Below, piece after piece: positions 27,088-35,708 of a stretch of 64,000 nucleotides of DNA (positions are counted from its first letter, which is position 1; each line of letters begins with the position of its first letter). Source of the DNA: Clostridiales bacterium. GTDB lineage: Bacteria; Bacillota; Limnochordia; Darwinibacteriales; B1SED10-159. The translations under genes and the position numbers were made by a program. The notes below the pieces were generated by a model that saw only the letters and a program-made list of their open reading frames with translations, searched no databases and was not told the origin of the DNA. The stretch is from assembly GCA_003559095.1 (NCBI GenBank), contig PWMW01000057.1, forward strand, positions 6,538-70,537. Direction: 5' to 3'.

Positions 27088-27521
27088 GCCTTCTCAGACA
27101 GCTCCAGAATCATGTCTTTGTGCGGAATCCCGGCATCCATATACTCGCCACTGGTTACGGAGAAGCCGAGGCGCTCATAAAACGGGATAGCATGGAGCTG
27201 CGCGCTGAGATAGGCCTGGGGAAGCTGCCGCTGCCGACATTCAGCGAGGATTGCCGTCAGCAGTGCTCGACCAACGCCCTGCCCCCGTCCTTCGGCCAGC
27301 ACCGCCATGCGCCCAATTTTCCCGCGGCCGGGCTGTTCCACCAGTCGGCCTGTACCCACCATACGTCCGTCCACAAACGCACCGAAATGGATGGCCGTCT
27401 CATCAAGGTGATCCTGTTCCTCTTCGAAGGGCACCTTTTGTTCATCAACAAACACTTGGATGCGAATGGCCATGGCTTGCGGAAACTCGGTGCCAGTTAG
27501 GGTGCGAACCGTTACATTCAT
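27084..27521 (-). CDS. GNAT-family N-acetyltransferase
   Basis: RGQGVGRALL acetyl-CoA motif. Start set to ATG 27521 behind GGAG; the track ORF up to 27716 is an over-extension. Confidence 0.8.
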   Translation of the reverse strand: MNVTVRTLTGTEFPQAMAIRIQVFVDEQKVPFEEEQDHLDETAIHFGAFVDGRMVGTGRLVEQPGRGKIGRMAVLAEGRGQGVGRALLTAILAECRQRQLPQAYLSAQLHAIPFYERLGFSVTSGEYMDAGIPHKDMILELSEKA

Positions 27522-27668
27522 GTTGAAGACTCCTTTGCAGACAACTTGGCCCTTCTGCATGGCAGGGGCCAGCTGGGCGCAAAACCTGCCGCCCTGCCAT
27601 TGTTTTCGCCATGGCATCCCGAGATTCCTGTCGCTGGATGTTCGCGGCAGCTGTCTCACCGGTGGGGT

Positions 27669-27697
27669 TTGACAGCTGCCAGAGATAGTGCTATGCT
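27669..27697 (+). promoter_or_regulatory. Sigma-A promoter TTGACA-17-TATGCT for tatA
   Basis: The hexamers were read directly. The -35 is overlapped by one arm of a 10-bp inverted repeat. Confidence 0.6.
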
Positions 27698-27736
27698 TCA
27701 CATATACGGTCAGCAAGCGCAGAAGGGGGAATTCTG

Positions 27737-27922
27737 ATGTTTGGCCGCTTAGGTCCCACGGAACTGATTCTGATCTTGGTGATTGTACTCGTGATCTTTG
27801 GTCCCGCGAAGCTTCCCGAAATTGGCAAGTCCATCGGTCGCAGTCTCCAGGAGTTTAAGAAGGCCACCACCGAACGGCCCGATGATTCACCAGATCCTGA
27901 TGAGCGCAAGGAAGATTCCTAG
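27737..27922 (+). CDS. tatA: Twin-arginine translocase subunit TatA/E
   Basis: [43 protein letters not shown]. No tatC is in the window. Confidence 0.9.
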   Translation: MFGRLGPTELILILVIVLVIFGPAKLPEIGKSIGRSLQEFKKATTERPDDSPDPDERKEDS

Positions 27923-28043
27923 CGCTGGCCGCTGCAATCCCGACCTAGCTGTTTCGGAGAAGCTGTTATCCAGTCGGTTCAACCCGGCGGATTTCGGGTC
28001 TGGTGGCACAAGTGCAAAGGAAATACGCTGTTAACCGCCCATG

Positions 28044-28069
28044 GGCTCGGAGAACTCCGGGCCTTTTTT
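28044..28069 (+). terminator. Rho-independent terminator GGCTCGGAG-AA-CTCCGGGCC + TTTTTT
   Basis: The stem with a T6 run lies about 120 nt after the tatA stop. Confidence 0.7.
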
Positions 28070-28071
28070 GT

Positions 28072-28100
28072 TTGTGTTTTTGCGGCAAAATTGCTATAAT
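28072..28100 (+). promoter_or_regulatory. Promoter TTGTGT-17-TATAAT for the aminotransferase-reductase fusion gene
   Basis: A perfect -10 and a TTG-type -35, read directly. Confidence 0.55.
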
Positions 28101-28107
28101 AAGGGTG

Positions 28108-28123
28108 TGCACAATTTTGTGCA
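28108..28123. promoter_or_regulatory. 7-2-7 palindromic operator TGCACAA-TT-TTGTGCA
   Basis: Perfect arms starting 8 nt after the -10 hexamer, the position expected for a repressor roadblock. Confidence 0.5.
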
Positions 28124-28143
28124 TACGACAGGAGGCGGGCAGC

Positions 28144-30780
28144 ATGCATTCATACACCAAATACGTTAACCCCTATTTGGGCAAACGACTAAGTGAGATC
28201 GGCATGGATAAGCGATTCGTCCGGGGCGACGGGTGCTATCTTTACGATGACCAAGGCCACAAGTATTTGGATTTCATCGCAGCCTATGGGGCGCTGCCTT
28301 TTGGCTATAATCATCCGCGTATTTGGGATGCTGTCCAACAGCTGCACAGCAATATGCACCCCAGTTTTGCCCAGCCTTCGCACTTGGAAGCCGCTGGCCA
28401 ACTGGCAGCAGCATTAGTGGCGGCAGCACCGCCAGGCATTCAGTATGCGACATTTGCCAATTCCGGTGCTGAAGCGGTGGAGGCCGCCATTAAGCTGTGT
28501 CGGGCCCGTACTGGGCGCCGCAGCATCGTCACTGCAACCAATAGTTTCCACGGCAAGACGTTAGGGGCCCTGTCCGCCACTGGAAATCGTGGATACCAGG
28601 ATGCGTTTTTTGCTCCTGTGGAAGGCTTTCGTCACATTCCCTTCGGTGATCTGGACGCACTGAAGACGATCTTGGAGGAGGACGCCGTCGGGACGGCCGC
28701 CATTATGCTCGAGCCTATCCAAGGTGAAGGCGGTATTGTTGAGCCGCCCCCGGGGTATCTAGCGGAAGTTCGCCGGCTGTGTACTGAATATGAGGTTCCT
28801 CTGATCCTCGACGAAATTCAAACGGGGCTGGGACGAACCGGCAGCCTTTTTGCGTGTGAACGGGAGCAGGTTGTGCCGGATGTTCTTGTGCTGGCTAAGG
28901 CCTTAAGCGGCGGCCTAGTGCCCATAGGAGTGACCTTGTGTACAGAAGACATGTATACGGAAGCCTTTGGCATGAAGCACTCTTCAACCTTTGGCGGCAA
29001 TGCCCTGGCAGCAACTGTGGGCTTGGAAGTTATGCAGATGCTGACCGAAGACAATGGTGCCATTCTGCGGCACGTGGAAGAACAGGGACAAGTGCTGAAG
29101 CGGGGCCTATTGGATATCCAGAACCGCTATCCCGAAGTGGTTCGGGGAGTTCGTGGTCGTGGTTTTATGTTAGGTATCGATTTTGGAACGGATAAGAATG
29201 TATATCCGCATAGTCTTTTGGGAGTCTTAGCTGAGCAGGAAATCCTGACGCCGATCGTTTCCAGCTACATGTTGAATGCGGAGCGACTGCGTGTGGCTCC
29301 CACATTGAATGGAGCTAGCGTAATTCGAGTGGAGCCACCGCTCACAGCTGGCCCTGCGGAGATTCAGCGGGCCCTGGAAGCTATTGAGGCTACGGCTTCG
29401 GTGTTGTCGGCAAAGAATACCGCCGGCCTGCTGGGCCATCTAGTGAACTGGGAACCCCCTGGTGAGCTGGAGTCCTTTGCTTACCAGCGGGGTGGAGAAG
29501 AAGTGAAGGCTGCACCCGGCATGAACCGATTTGCGTTTTTGATCCATCCCGTGGATTTGAGCAACTATACCGAATTTGATCGCAGTATGGAAGTGTTCGA
29601 TGAGGCCCAGCTGCGAGACCTCAGTCTGCGCTGGAATGATATGGTGGAACCGTTCGTCGTATCATCGACGGTAGTTACCGGCCAAGATGGCAGCCAGGCC
29701 TATGGTGAGTTCATCTGTGTGCCCCGCACCGCTCAGCAGTTGTTGGATATGTCCAAGGAACAGGCTGAACAGGAGATTCTGCAGGCCGTGGAACTGGCTG
29801 CATCACGGGGAGCCCAGTTGGTCGGCTTGGGTGCTTATACCTCTGTGGTTACCATGGGAGGACGTTCACTTCTGGGTAAGGCACCTATTCCGGTAACAAC
29901 CGGGAACAGCTATACCGTGTTGTCTGGTCTTGAGGCACTTATGTATGGGGCCGAACGACTGGGCGTGGATCTGCAGCAGGCTACGGCAGCGATTCTCGGA
30001 GCCGGCGGTGCCATTGGCAAGGCCTCGGCGTCCCTGCTGGGCGAAGAGGTGCAGCGGCTGATTCTGGTAGGTAATCCCGCCAGAGCCGAAAAGAGCCAAC
30101 ATCGCATGTTAAAAGTCGTCGCCGAGTTTATGCGCCGCTCGGTGCAGCGCTGCCAAGCAGGTTATCGTTTTGCTCCAGGAAGCGTGGCAGCGGCCGTGGT
30201 CCGTTGGTCCCAGGGTTTGGACACGGAAAGTTCCTTGGGGCCTTGGTTGGAAGCGGCCAAGCAGTTTGTGAGCGAGTCGGAGCAGATCCTTCTAACCGTC
30301 GATGCTGAACGGTATCTGCCCGAGTCCGATCTTATTCTGTCGGCCACCAGCAGTACCGAAGCGTTGATTCAGCCCCATATGTTAAAGTGGGGTGCCTTAG
30401 TCTGTGATATGTCACGGCCCGTGAATGTCAGTCGGGATGTACTGCAGCGCAGAGAAGACGTTCTGGTGATCGATGGTGGTGTTATCGAAGTGCCTGGACG
30501 ACCGGATCTAGGGTGGGACTTCGGTTTTGACAAAGGCTTAGCCTATGCCTGCATGTCCGAAACCATGATGCTGGCTTTGGCGGGTCGGTTTGAGAACGCC
30601 AGTATTGGCGCAGACCTTAACTTAGACCATCTGCAGCTGCTGCGGGATCTGGCTGTAACGTTCGGATTCCATTTGGCGGGCTTCCGAAGTTTTGACAAAC
30701 CCATCGCTGAGGGTGTGTGGGAGCGTGTCGTGGCGGCCCGGCGTAAGGAGTTGGTGGCCGAGGCAGCCCACGGCGGATGA
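28144..30780 (+). CDS. Bifunctional fusion: class-III (omega) aminotransferase (N-terminal, ~430 aa) + acyl-ACP reductase (AAR)-like NAD(P)H thioester reductase (C-terminal, ~410 aa)
   Basis: N-terminal motifs: LDFIAAYGALPFGYNHP, DEIQTGLGRTG and LAKALSGG (PLP Lys). The C-terminal part is collinear with cyanobacterial AAR as I recall it: FAFLIHP, LGAYTSVV, TTGNSYT, ILGAGGAIGKA, VIDGGVIE, and AYACMSETMML with the catalytic Cys retained. ATG 28144 behind AGGAGG. Confidence 0.75.
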   Translation: MHSYTKYVNPYLGKRLSEIGMDKRFVRGDGCYLYDDQGHKYLDFIAAYGALPFGYNHPRIWDAVQQLHSNMHPSFAQPSHLEAAGQLAAALVAAAPPGIQYATFANSGAEAVEAAIKLCRARTGRRSIVTATNSFHGKTLGALSATGNRGYQDAFFAPVEGFRHIPFGDLDALKTILEEDAVGTAAIMLEPIQGEGGIVEPPPGYLAEVRRLCTEYEVPLILDEIQTGLGRTGSLFACEREQVVPDVLVLAKALSGGLVPIGVTLCTEDMYTEAFGMKHSSTFGGNALAATVGLEVMQMLTEDNGAILRHVEEQGQVLKRGLLDIQNRYPEVVRGVRGRGFMLGIDFGTDKNVYPHSLLGVLAEQEILTPIVSSYMLNAERLRVAPTLNGASVIRVEPPLTAGPAEIQRALEAIEATASVLSAKNTAGLLGHLVNWEPPGELESFAYQRGGEEVKAAPGMNRFAFLIHPVDLSNYTEFDRSMEVFDEAQLRDLSLRWNDMVEPFVVSSTVVTGQDGSQAYGEFICVPRTAQQLLDMSKEQAEQEILQAVELAASRGAQLVGLGAYTSVVTMGGRSLLGKAPIPVTTGNSYTVLSGLEALMYGAERLGVDLQQATAAILGAGGAIGKASASLLGEEVQRLILVGNPARAEKSQHRMLKVVAEFMRRSVQRCQAGYRFAPGSVAAAVVRWSQGLDTESSLGPWLEAAKQFVSESEQILLTVDAERYLPESDLILSATSSTEALIQPHMLKWGALVCDMSRPVNVSRDVLQRREDVLVIDGGVIEVPGRPDLGWDFGFDKGLAYACMSETMMLALAGRFENASIGADLNLDHLQLLRDLAVTFGFHLAGFRSFDKPIAEGVWERVVAARRKELVAEAAHGG

Positions 30781-30844
30781 TGGGTCATCAGGTTTTATTT
30801 CCAAGAAGAATAGGTGTTTCCACTACCTAGTCCAATGTTTGTAA

Positions 30845-30885
30845 CGAAAACCACGTTCTCTGAAGCAAAGAGAGCGTGGTTTTCG
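30845..30885 (+). terminator. 17-bp hairpin CGAAAACCACGTTCTCT-7nt-AGAGAGCGTGGTTTTCG followed by CTATTTTG
   Basis: A long stem (one G-U pair) 65 nt after the fusion gene stop. Confidence 0.7.
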
Positions 30886-31034
30886 CTATTTTGCGCCGAA
30901 CTACTCGTTTTCCCTATGTAAAAAGAATCGCGAGGGAAATTATGGAAAACGAAGAGAGCTGGTCCGTTGGCGATAGTTGACATAACATCACCTGGTATGT
31001 GGAAGGAAATGGAAGCTACCGGCCTGTGCTGGAC

Positions 31035-31063
31035 TTGACGCATCTTGTATGTTTGTATACAAT
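31035..31063 (+). promoter_or_regulatory. Strong sigma-A promoter TTGACG-17-TACAAT for the citrate synthase-aconitase-IDH operon
   Basis: The hexamers and spacer were read directly. Confidence 0.65.
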
Positions 31064-31073
31064 TATACAAACA
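31050..31073. promoter_or_regulatory. GntR-type operator: TGTTTGTATA-CAAT-TATACAAACA containing the self-complementary TTGTATACAA
   Basis: A 10-bp perfect inverted repeat overlapping the -10. It has the GT-N-AC core typical of GntR-family sites, and a FadR-type GntR gene follows the operon. Confidence 0.55.
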
Positions 31074-31119
31074 AGGTTGTACCTGTAAGCGAGGCATGTT
31101 TGAGATTGGAGGAAGCAGG

Positions 31120-32493
31120 ATGTTTGAGTTCAGTCGCAAGACGAACCTATTGGAAAGAACGGAGTTTCGTTATCCTCTGCAGGATGTTGAGCAGCCGCAA
31201 TTGTTTCGGAACTTGTTCCCATATGATGAAGTGCCAAAGATTGCTTTCAACCGCCGGATGGTGCCCATGAATATGCCTGATGACATCTGGATTACGGACA
31301 CGACCTTTCGGGATGGCCAGCAGTCCCAAACACCGTGGGATGTGAAGCACATTGTTCATCTTTATGATCTGCTGCATCAGCTAGGTGGTCCCAATGGTCT
31401 CATTCGTCAAAGTGAGTTCTTTTTGTATAGCGCCAAGGATCGTGAGGCTGTGGAAAAGTGCCTTGAGCGGGGCTATCAGTTTCCGGAGGTTACCGGTTGG
31501 ATCCGCGCCAGTGCCAAGGATTTTCAGCTGGTCAAAGAAATGGGCCTCAAAGAAACGGGTATCCTGGTATCGTGTTCGGATTACCACATTTTCCACAAGT
31601 TGAACATGACCAGGAAGCAGGCCATAGAGCACTATCTCACGGTGGTGCGCCAATGTATAGAGACGGGCGTGAAACCGCGGTGTCATTTTGAGGATATCAC
31701 CAGAGCCGATATCTATGGCTTTGTGATTCCTTTTGCCATTCGTTTGATGGAACTGATGGCGGAGACGGGAGTTCCCGTTAAAATACGGGCCTGCGATACC
31801 ATGGGATACGGTGTAAGTTTTCCCGGAGTGGTGCTGCCGCGCAGCGTGCCGGGAATCATCTATGGGTTATTCCATCATGGTGGTGTTCCCAGCGAGTTGC
31901 TGGAATGGCACGGCCACAACGATTTCTACAAGGTTGTGAACAATGCGTCGGCGGCATGGCTTTACGGTGCATCGGGAGCGAACTGTTCCTTGTTGGGCAT
32001 TGGTGAGCGTACTGGCAACTGTCCTTTGGAAGCCATGGTCTTTGAATACGCCCAGTTCCGGGGAACCACTGATGGTATGGATACTACAGTGATCACAGAG
32101 ATCGCCCGCTACTTTGAAGAAGAGATGGGTTACTCCATTCCACCGCGAACGCCGTTTGTTGGGGAAGATTTCAATGTTACCAAGGCAGGGATTCATGCAG
32201 ATGGTCTGCTTAAGAATGAGGAGATCTACAATATTTTCGACACCAAGAAGATTCTTGGTCGTGAGCCTAGGGTCCACATATCCAGTACCAGCGGTGCTTC
32301 GGGGATCGCCCACTGGATTCGTACCCATTTCGAACTGCACGAGTCCGTGGATAAGAACCATCCAATCGTGAAGGCCGTCAAAGCTTGGGTGGACGACCAG
32401 TATGAGAGAGGCCGGGTTACGAATATCAGCGATGCGGAGATGACTCGCCAAACGCAGCAGGCCTTACATGATCATGGAAGGAGTGAGGCCTAA
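31120..32493 (+). CDS. Homocitrate/isopropylmalate-synthase-family enzyme, probable Re-face citrate synthase
   Basis: ITDTTFRDGQQS and HGHNDF motifs. It has the N-terminal extension FPYDEVPKIAFNRR and is followed directly by aconitase and IDH. Confidence 0.65.
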   Translation: MFEFSRKTNLLERTEFRYPLQDVEQPQLFRNLFPYDEVPKIAFNRRMVPMNMPDDIWITDTTFRDGQQSQTPWDVKHIVHLYDLLHQLGGPNGLIRQSEFFLYSAKDREAVEKCLERGYQFPEVTGWIRASAKDFQLVKEMGLKETGILVSCSDYHIFHKLNMTRKQAIEHYLTVVRQCIETGVKPRCHFEDITRADIYGFVIPFAIRLMELMAETGVPVKIRACDTMGYGVSFPGVVLPRSVPGIIYGLFHHGGVPSELLEWHGHNDFYKVVNNASAAWLYGASGANCSLLGIGERTGNCPLEAMVFEYAQFRGTTDGMDTTVITEIARYFEEEMGYSIPPRTPFVGEDFNVTKAGIHADGLLKNEEIYNIFDTKKILGREPRVHISSTSGASGIAHWIRTHFELHESVDKNHPIVKAVKAWVDDQYERGRVTNISDAEMTRQTQQALHDHGRSEA

Positions 32494-32494
32494 T

Positions 32495-34432
32495 ATGGGT
32501 CGCAGTATTGCACAGAAGATTCTCGAGGAGCATCTCGTCAATGGATCCATGGAGCCCGGTTCTGATCTGGCGATTCGGATTGATCAGACATTGACCCAGG
32601 ATTCCACGGGCACCATGGCGTACCTGCAGTTAGAGGCTATGGGCGTGGAGCAAGTGCAAACCGAATTCTCCATTGCCTATGTGGATCACAATATGCTGCA
32701 GCAGGGATTTGAGAATGCGGATGATCATAAGTACATTCAAACCGTCGCCAAGAAACATGGTGTTCACTTTTCCCGCCCGGGCAACGGCATCTGTCATCAA
32801 GTTCATCTTGAACGGTTTGCCAAGCCGGGAGGAACCCTGCTGGGCTCCGACTCACATACACCCACAGCGGGCGGCATCGGCATGATTGCCATTGGAGCTG
32901 GTGGCCTGGATGTGGCGGCTGCCATGGGAGGACAGCCGTATACCATTCCGGCACCTAAGGTCACCGCCGTGGAGTTAACGGGAGCGCTGCCGCCCTTCGC
33001 TACGGCTAAGGATGTCATTCTGGAAGTTCTCCGCCGTCTGACTGTCAAGGGCGGCGTTGGCCGCATTATGGAATACATTGGCGAGGGTGTGACGACCCTC
33101 TCAGTGCCAGAGCGAGCGACCATCACCAACATGGGGGCCGAACTTGGTGCTACCACATCCGTGTTCCCCAGTGATGCCAGAACCCGTCAGTTTTTGCAGG
33201 CTCAAGGAAGGGAAGCAGATTGGGTGGAACTGCTCCCTGATTCCAACGCACAGTACGCAGAGCATATTGTGGTGGACTTGAGCAGTATTGAGCCTTTAGC
33301 CGCCCAGCCACACAGCCCAGATGCAGTGGATTCCGTGGGGAACATCGGGGCTATCCAGGTGGATCAGGTGGCCATTGGCAGCTGCACCAACTCCAGCTAC
33401 CAAGATCTGATGCGGGTGGCAGCTATTTTGAAAGGTAAGACTGTTCATCCTGATGTCAGCTTGGTAATTTCACCCGGTTCCAAACAAGTCTTGTCCATGT
33501 TGGCCGCCAATGGCGCGCTGGCCGATCTGATTCAGGCCGGGGCGCGCATTCTCGAGGCAGGCTGCGGGCCTTGTATCGGCATGGGGCAGGCTCCAGCCAC
33601 CAACGCCATTTCGCTGCGGACATTCAACCGCAACTTCAAGGGCCGCTGCGGGACGGATAGTGCCGGTGTATACTTGGTCAGTCCTGAGACAGCGGCAGTC
33701 AGTGCCTTGGAAGGTGTCCTAACCGATCCTCGCCACTTAGGAGCAGCCATCGAGATCGCCGAACCTGAGCAGTTCCCTGCCCAGGATAATTTGGTGGTAC
33801 CCCCGGCCACTGCCGGTGAGGAGGTTGCCGTGGTGCGGGGTCCCAACATCAAAGAGTTCCCGCTCAATACGGCACTGCCGCAGCATTGGGAAGCGCCGAT
33901 ACTGCTGAAGGTGGGTGACAACGTTACTACCGATGATATCATGCCCTCCAATGCCAAACTGCTGCCGTTCCGATCCAACATTCCTTATTTGGCCGAGTTT
34001 TGCTTTTCACCTGTGGATTCTGGGTTCCCAGCCCGCGCCCAACAGGCTGGGGGTGGGTTCATTGTGGGCGGTGACAACTATGGCCAAGGCTCAAGTCGTG
34101 AGCATGCAGCGCTGGCTCCATTGTATCTCGGAGTTAAGGCAGTTATTGCCAAGAGTTTTGCCCGAATCCACCGAGCGAACTTGATCAACTCGGGGATCGT
34201 TCCGCTGGAGTTTGAGCAGCCGGATGATCATGAATGGCTCAAGGAGGGCGATGTTCTCCTCGTGGAATCTTTGGTGGAGGCCGTGCAGGGTGACGAGCCG
34301 ATTCCTGTAAAAGTTGTCAACCGCGAAGGGCAGTTCGCTGTTCGCTGCGCCTTATCTCCCCGCGAGCAGGAGATGATCCTGGCTGGGGGCCGCATCAATG
34401 TTATTCGTCAATCACAGAAGGGAGATGCATAA
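32495..34432 (+). CDS. Aconitate hydratase (monomeric ~645-aa clostridial/Aquifex type)
   Basis: GSDSHT, IGSCTNSS, GCGPCIG and NYGQGSSREHAA motifs. Confidence 0.85.
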   Translation: MGRSIAQKILEEHLVNGSMEPGSDLAIRIDQTLTQDSTGTMAYLQLEAMGVEQVQTEFSIAYVDHNMLQQGFENADDHKYIQTVAKKHGVHFSRPGNGICHQVHLERFAKPGGTLLGSDSHTPTAGGIGMIAIGAGGLDVAAAMGGQPYTIPAPKVTAVELTGALPPFATAKDVILEVLRRLTVKGGVGRIMEYIGEGVTTLSVPERATITNMGAELGATTSVFPSDARTRQFLQAQGREADWVELLPDSNAQYAEHIVVDLSSIEPLAAQPHSPDAVDSVGNIGAIQVDQVAIGSCTNSSYQDLMRVAAILKGKTVHPDVSLVISPGSKQVLSMLAANGALADLIQAGARILEAGCGPCIGMGQAPATNAISLRTFNRNFKGRCGTDSAGVYLVSPETAAVSALEGVLTDPRHLGAAIEIAEPEQFPAQDNLVVPPATAGEEVAVVRGPNIKEFPLNTALPQHWEAPILLKVGDNVTTDDIMPSNAKLLPFRSNIPYLAEFCFSPVDSGFPARAQQAGGGFIVGGDNYGQGSSREHAALAPLYLGVKAVIAKSFARIHRANLINSGIVPLEFEQPDDHEWLKEGDVLLVESLVEAVQGDEPIPVKVVNREGQFAVRCALSPREQEMILAGGRINVIRQSQKGDA

Positions 34433-35590
34433 ATGATGTATGAACAGGCAGCTGAGCATTTTGTGAAGCTCATAAAAAGTCAGCAGGAACGAATTGCGCA
34501 GATGAAACAAGAGCAGGATTTTCTGGATTATGACAGTCTTGATACCCTAATCATTGGTGTTGTAGGAGGAGACGGTATCGGACCAGCCATTACCCAGCAG
34601 GCACAGCGGGTACTTGAGTTCGTCTTGGCTGAGGATGTGAACGCGGGCAGGGTGGAGTTCCGGGTCATAGACGGTTTGACCATTGAGCGCCGAGCCGAAT
34701 TAGGTCAAGCCATTCCCGGCGATACCCTCGCGGAGATCAAAAAGTGTCATGTGATTCTAAAGGGACCCACGACGACGCCGCAGGCAGGAGACCCTTGGCC
34801 CAACATAGAAAGCGCCAATGTCGCCATGCGCAAGGCGTTTGACCTGTTCGCCAATGTGCGTCCGGTACGGGTTCCTGAAGATGGCATTGATTGGACTTTT
34901 TTCCGGGAGAATACCGAAGGCGCCTATGCCTTGGGCTCCAATGGAATCCATGTCGATGACGAACTGGCCTTTGATTTCACCGTGACAACCACGGAGGGGA
35001 CACGCCGCATTGTGCGGGCTGCCTTTGAGTATGCCAAGAAGAACGGCAAAACGAAGGTGACCGCTGTGACCAAGGCGAATGTCGTAAAAACCACTGACGG
35101 CAAGTTCTTGGACATCGCCAAGGATATTGCCCAGGAATATCCTGAGGTCGAACTGGATGATTGGTATATTGATATCATGACGGCCAAACTCATTGACACC
35201 AAGCGGCGGCAGCAGTTCCAGGTTCTGGTTCTGCCCAATCTTTATGGAGATATTCTGACTGATGAGGCCGCAGAGTTCCAAGGCGGTGTCGGCACCGCGG
35301 GCAGTGCCAATATTGGTAAACGCTACGCTATGTTCGAGGCCATCCATGGTTCGGCACCGCGGATGGTTAAGGAAGGGCGAGCCCAGTATGCCGATCCCTC
35401 CAGTATGATGCGGGCTGCTGTGCTGCTTCTGCAGCATATTGGCCGTGAAAGGGAAGCTGCCCGGTTGGCGCAAGCTCTAGATATCTGTTCCATCACCGAA
35501 CGGAAAATCGAAATGACTGGTCGCGATACCGGTGCGACTGGAGAAGAGTTCGCCGATTATGTCATGAAAACCACGGCGAAACTAGCGTAG
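34433..35590 (+). CDS. Isocitrate dehydrogenase (isocitrate/isopropylmalate dehydrogenase family)
   Basis: GDGIGPAI, FRENTEG, NLYGDILTDEAA and GSAPRM motifs. Confidence 0.8.
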   Translation: MMYEQAAEHFVKLIKSQQERIAQMKQEQDFLDYDSLDTLIIGVVGGDGIGPAITQQAQRVLEFVLAEDVNAGRVEFRVIDGLTIERRAELGQAIPGDTLAEIKKCHVILKGPTTTPQAGDPWPNIESANVAMRKAFDLFANVRPVRVPEDGIDWTFFRENTEGAYALGSNGIHVDDELAFDFTVTTTEGTRRIVRAAFEYAKKNGKTKVTAVTKANVVKTTDGKFLDIAKDIAQEYPEVELDDWYIDIMTAKLIDTKRRQQFQVLVLPNLYGDILTDEAAEFQGGVGTAGSANIGKRYAMFEAIHGSAPRMVKEGRAQYADPSSMMRAAVLLLQHIGREREAARLAQALDICSITERKIEMTGRDTGATGEEFADYVMKTTAKLA

Positions 35591-35708
35591 CGATGGCTTG
35601 GCCAAACGGAACGATGGCAACCGCCGCTGCGCAGTGAGTACACTCCAGCGCCAGTAGATCATGGGGACGGCATCGTATGGAAGAGACAGATGGGTGAGGA
35701 GGCAGGTC

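Noticed and set aside
27923-28043. A tRNA-like GGTTCAACCC segment after tatA.
   Set aside because: No acceptor stem, D-arm or anticodon arm can be drawn. It is treated as a structured 3' UTR only.
28003-28143. N-terminal extensions of track ORFs. Examples: 28003, 31045, 20051, 27716 (minus strand), 8197, 7075, 2345, 44711, 49499, 57940.
   Set aside because: In each case an internal ATG, GTG or TTG preceded by a GGAGG-type RBS matches the family N-terminus. The upstream part overlaps promoters, terminators or the preceding gene.
30795-31139. 114-codon minus-strand ORF in the intergenic region before the citrate synthase operon.
   Set aside because: It spans the terminator hairpin, the promoter and the operator. 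It has no RBS and no family resemblance.
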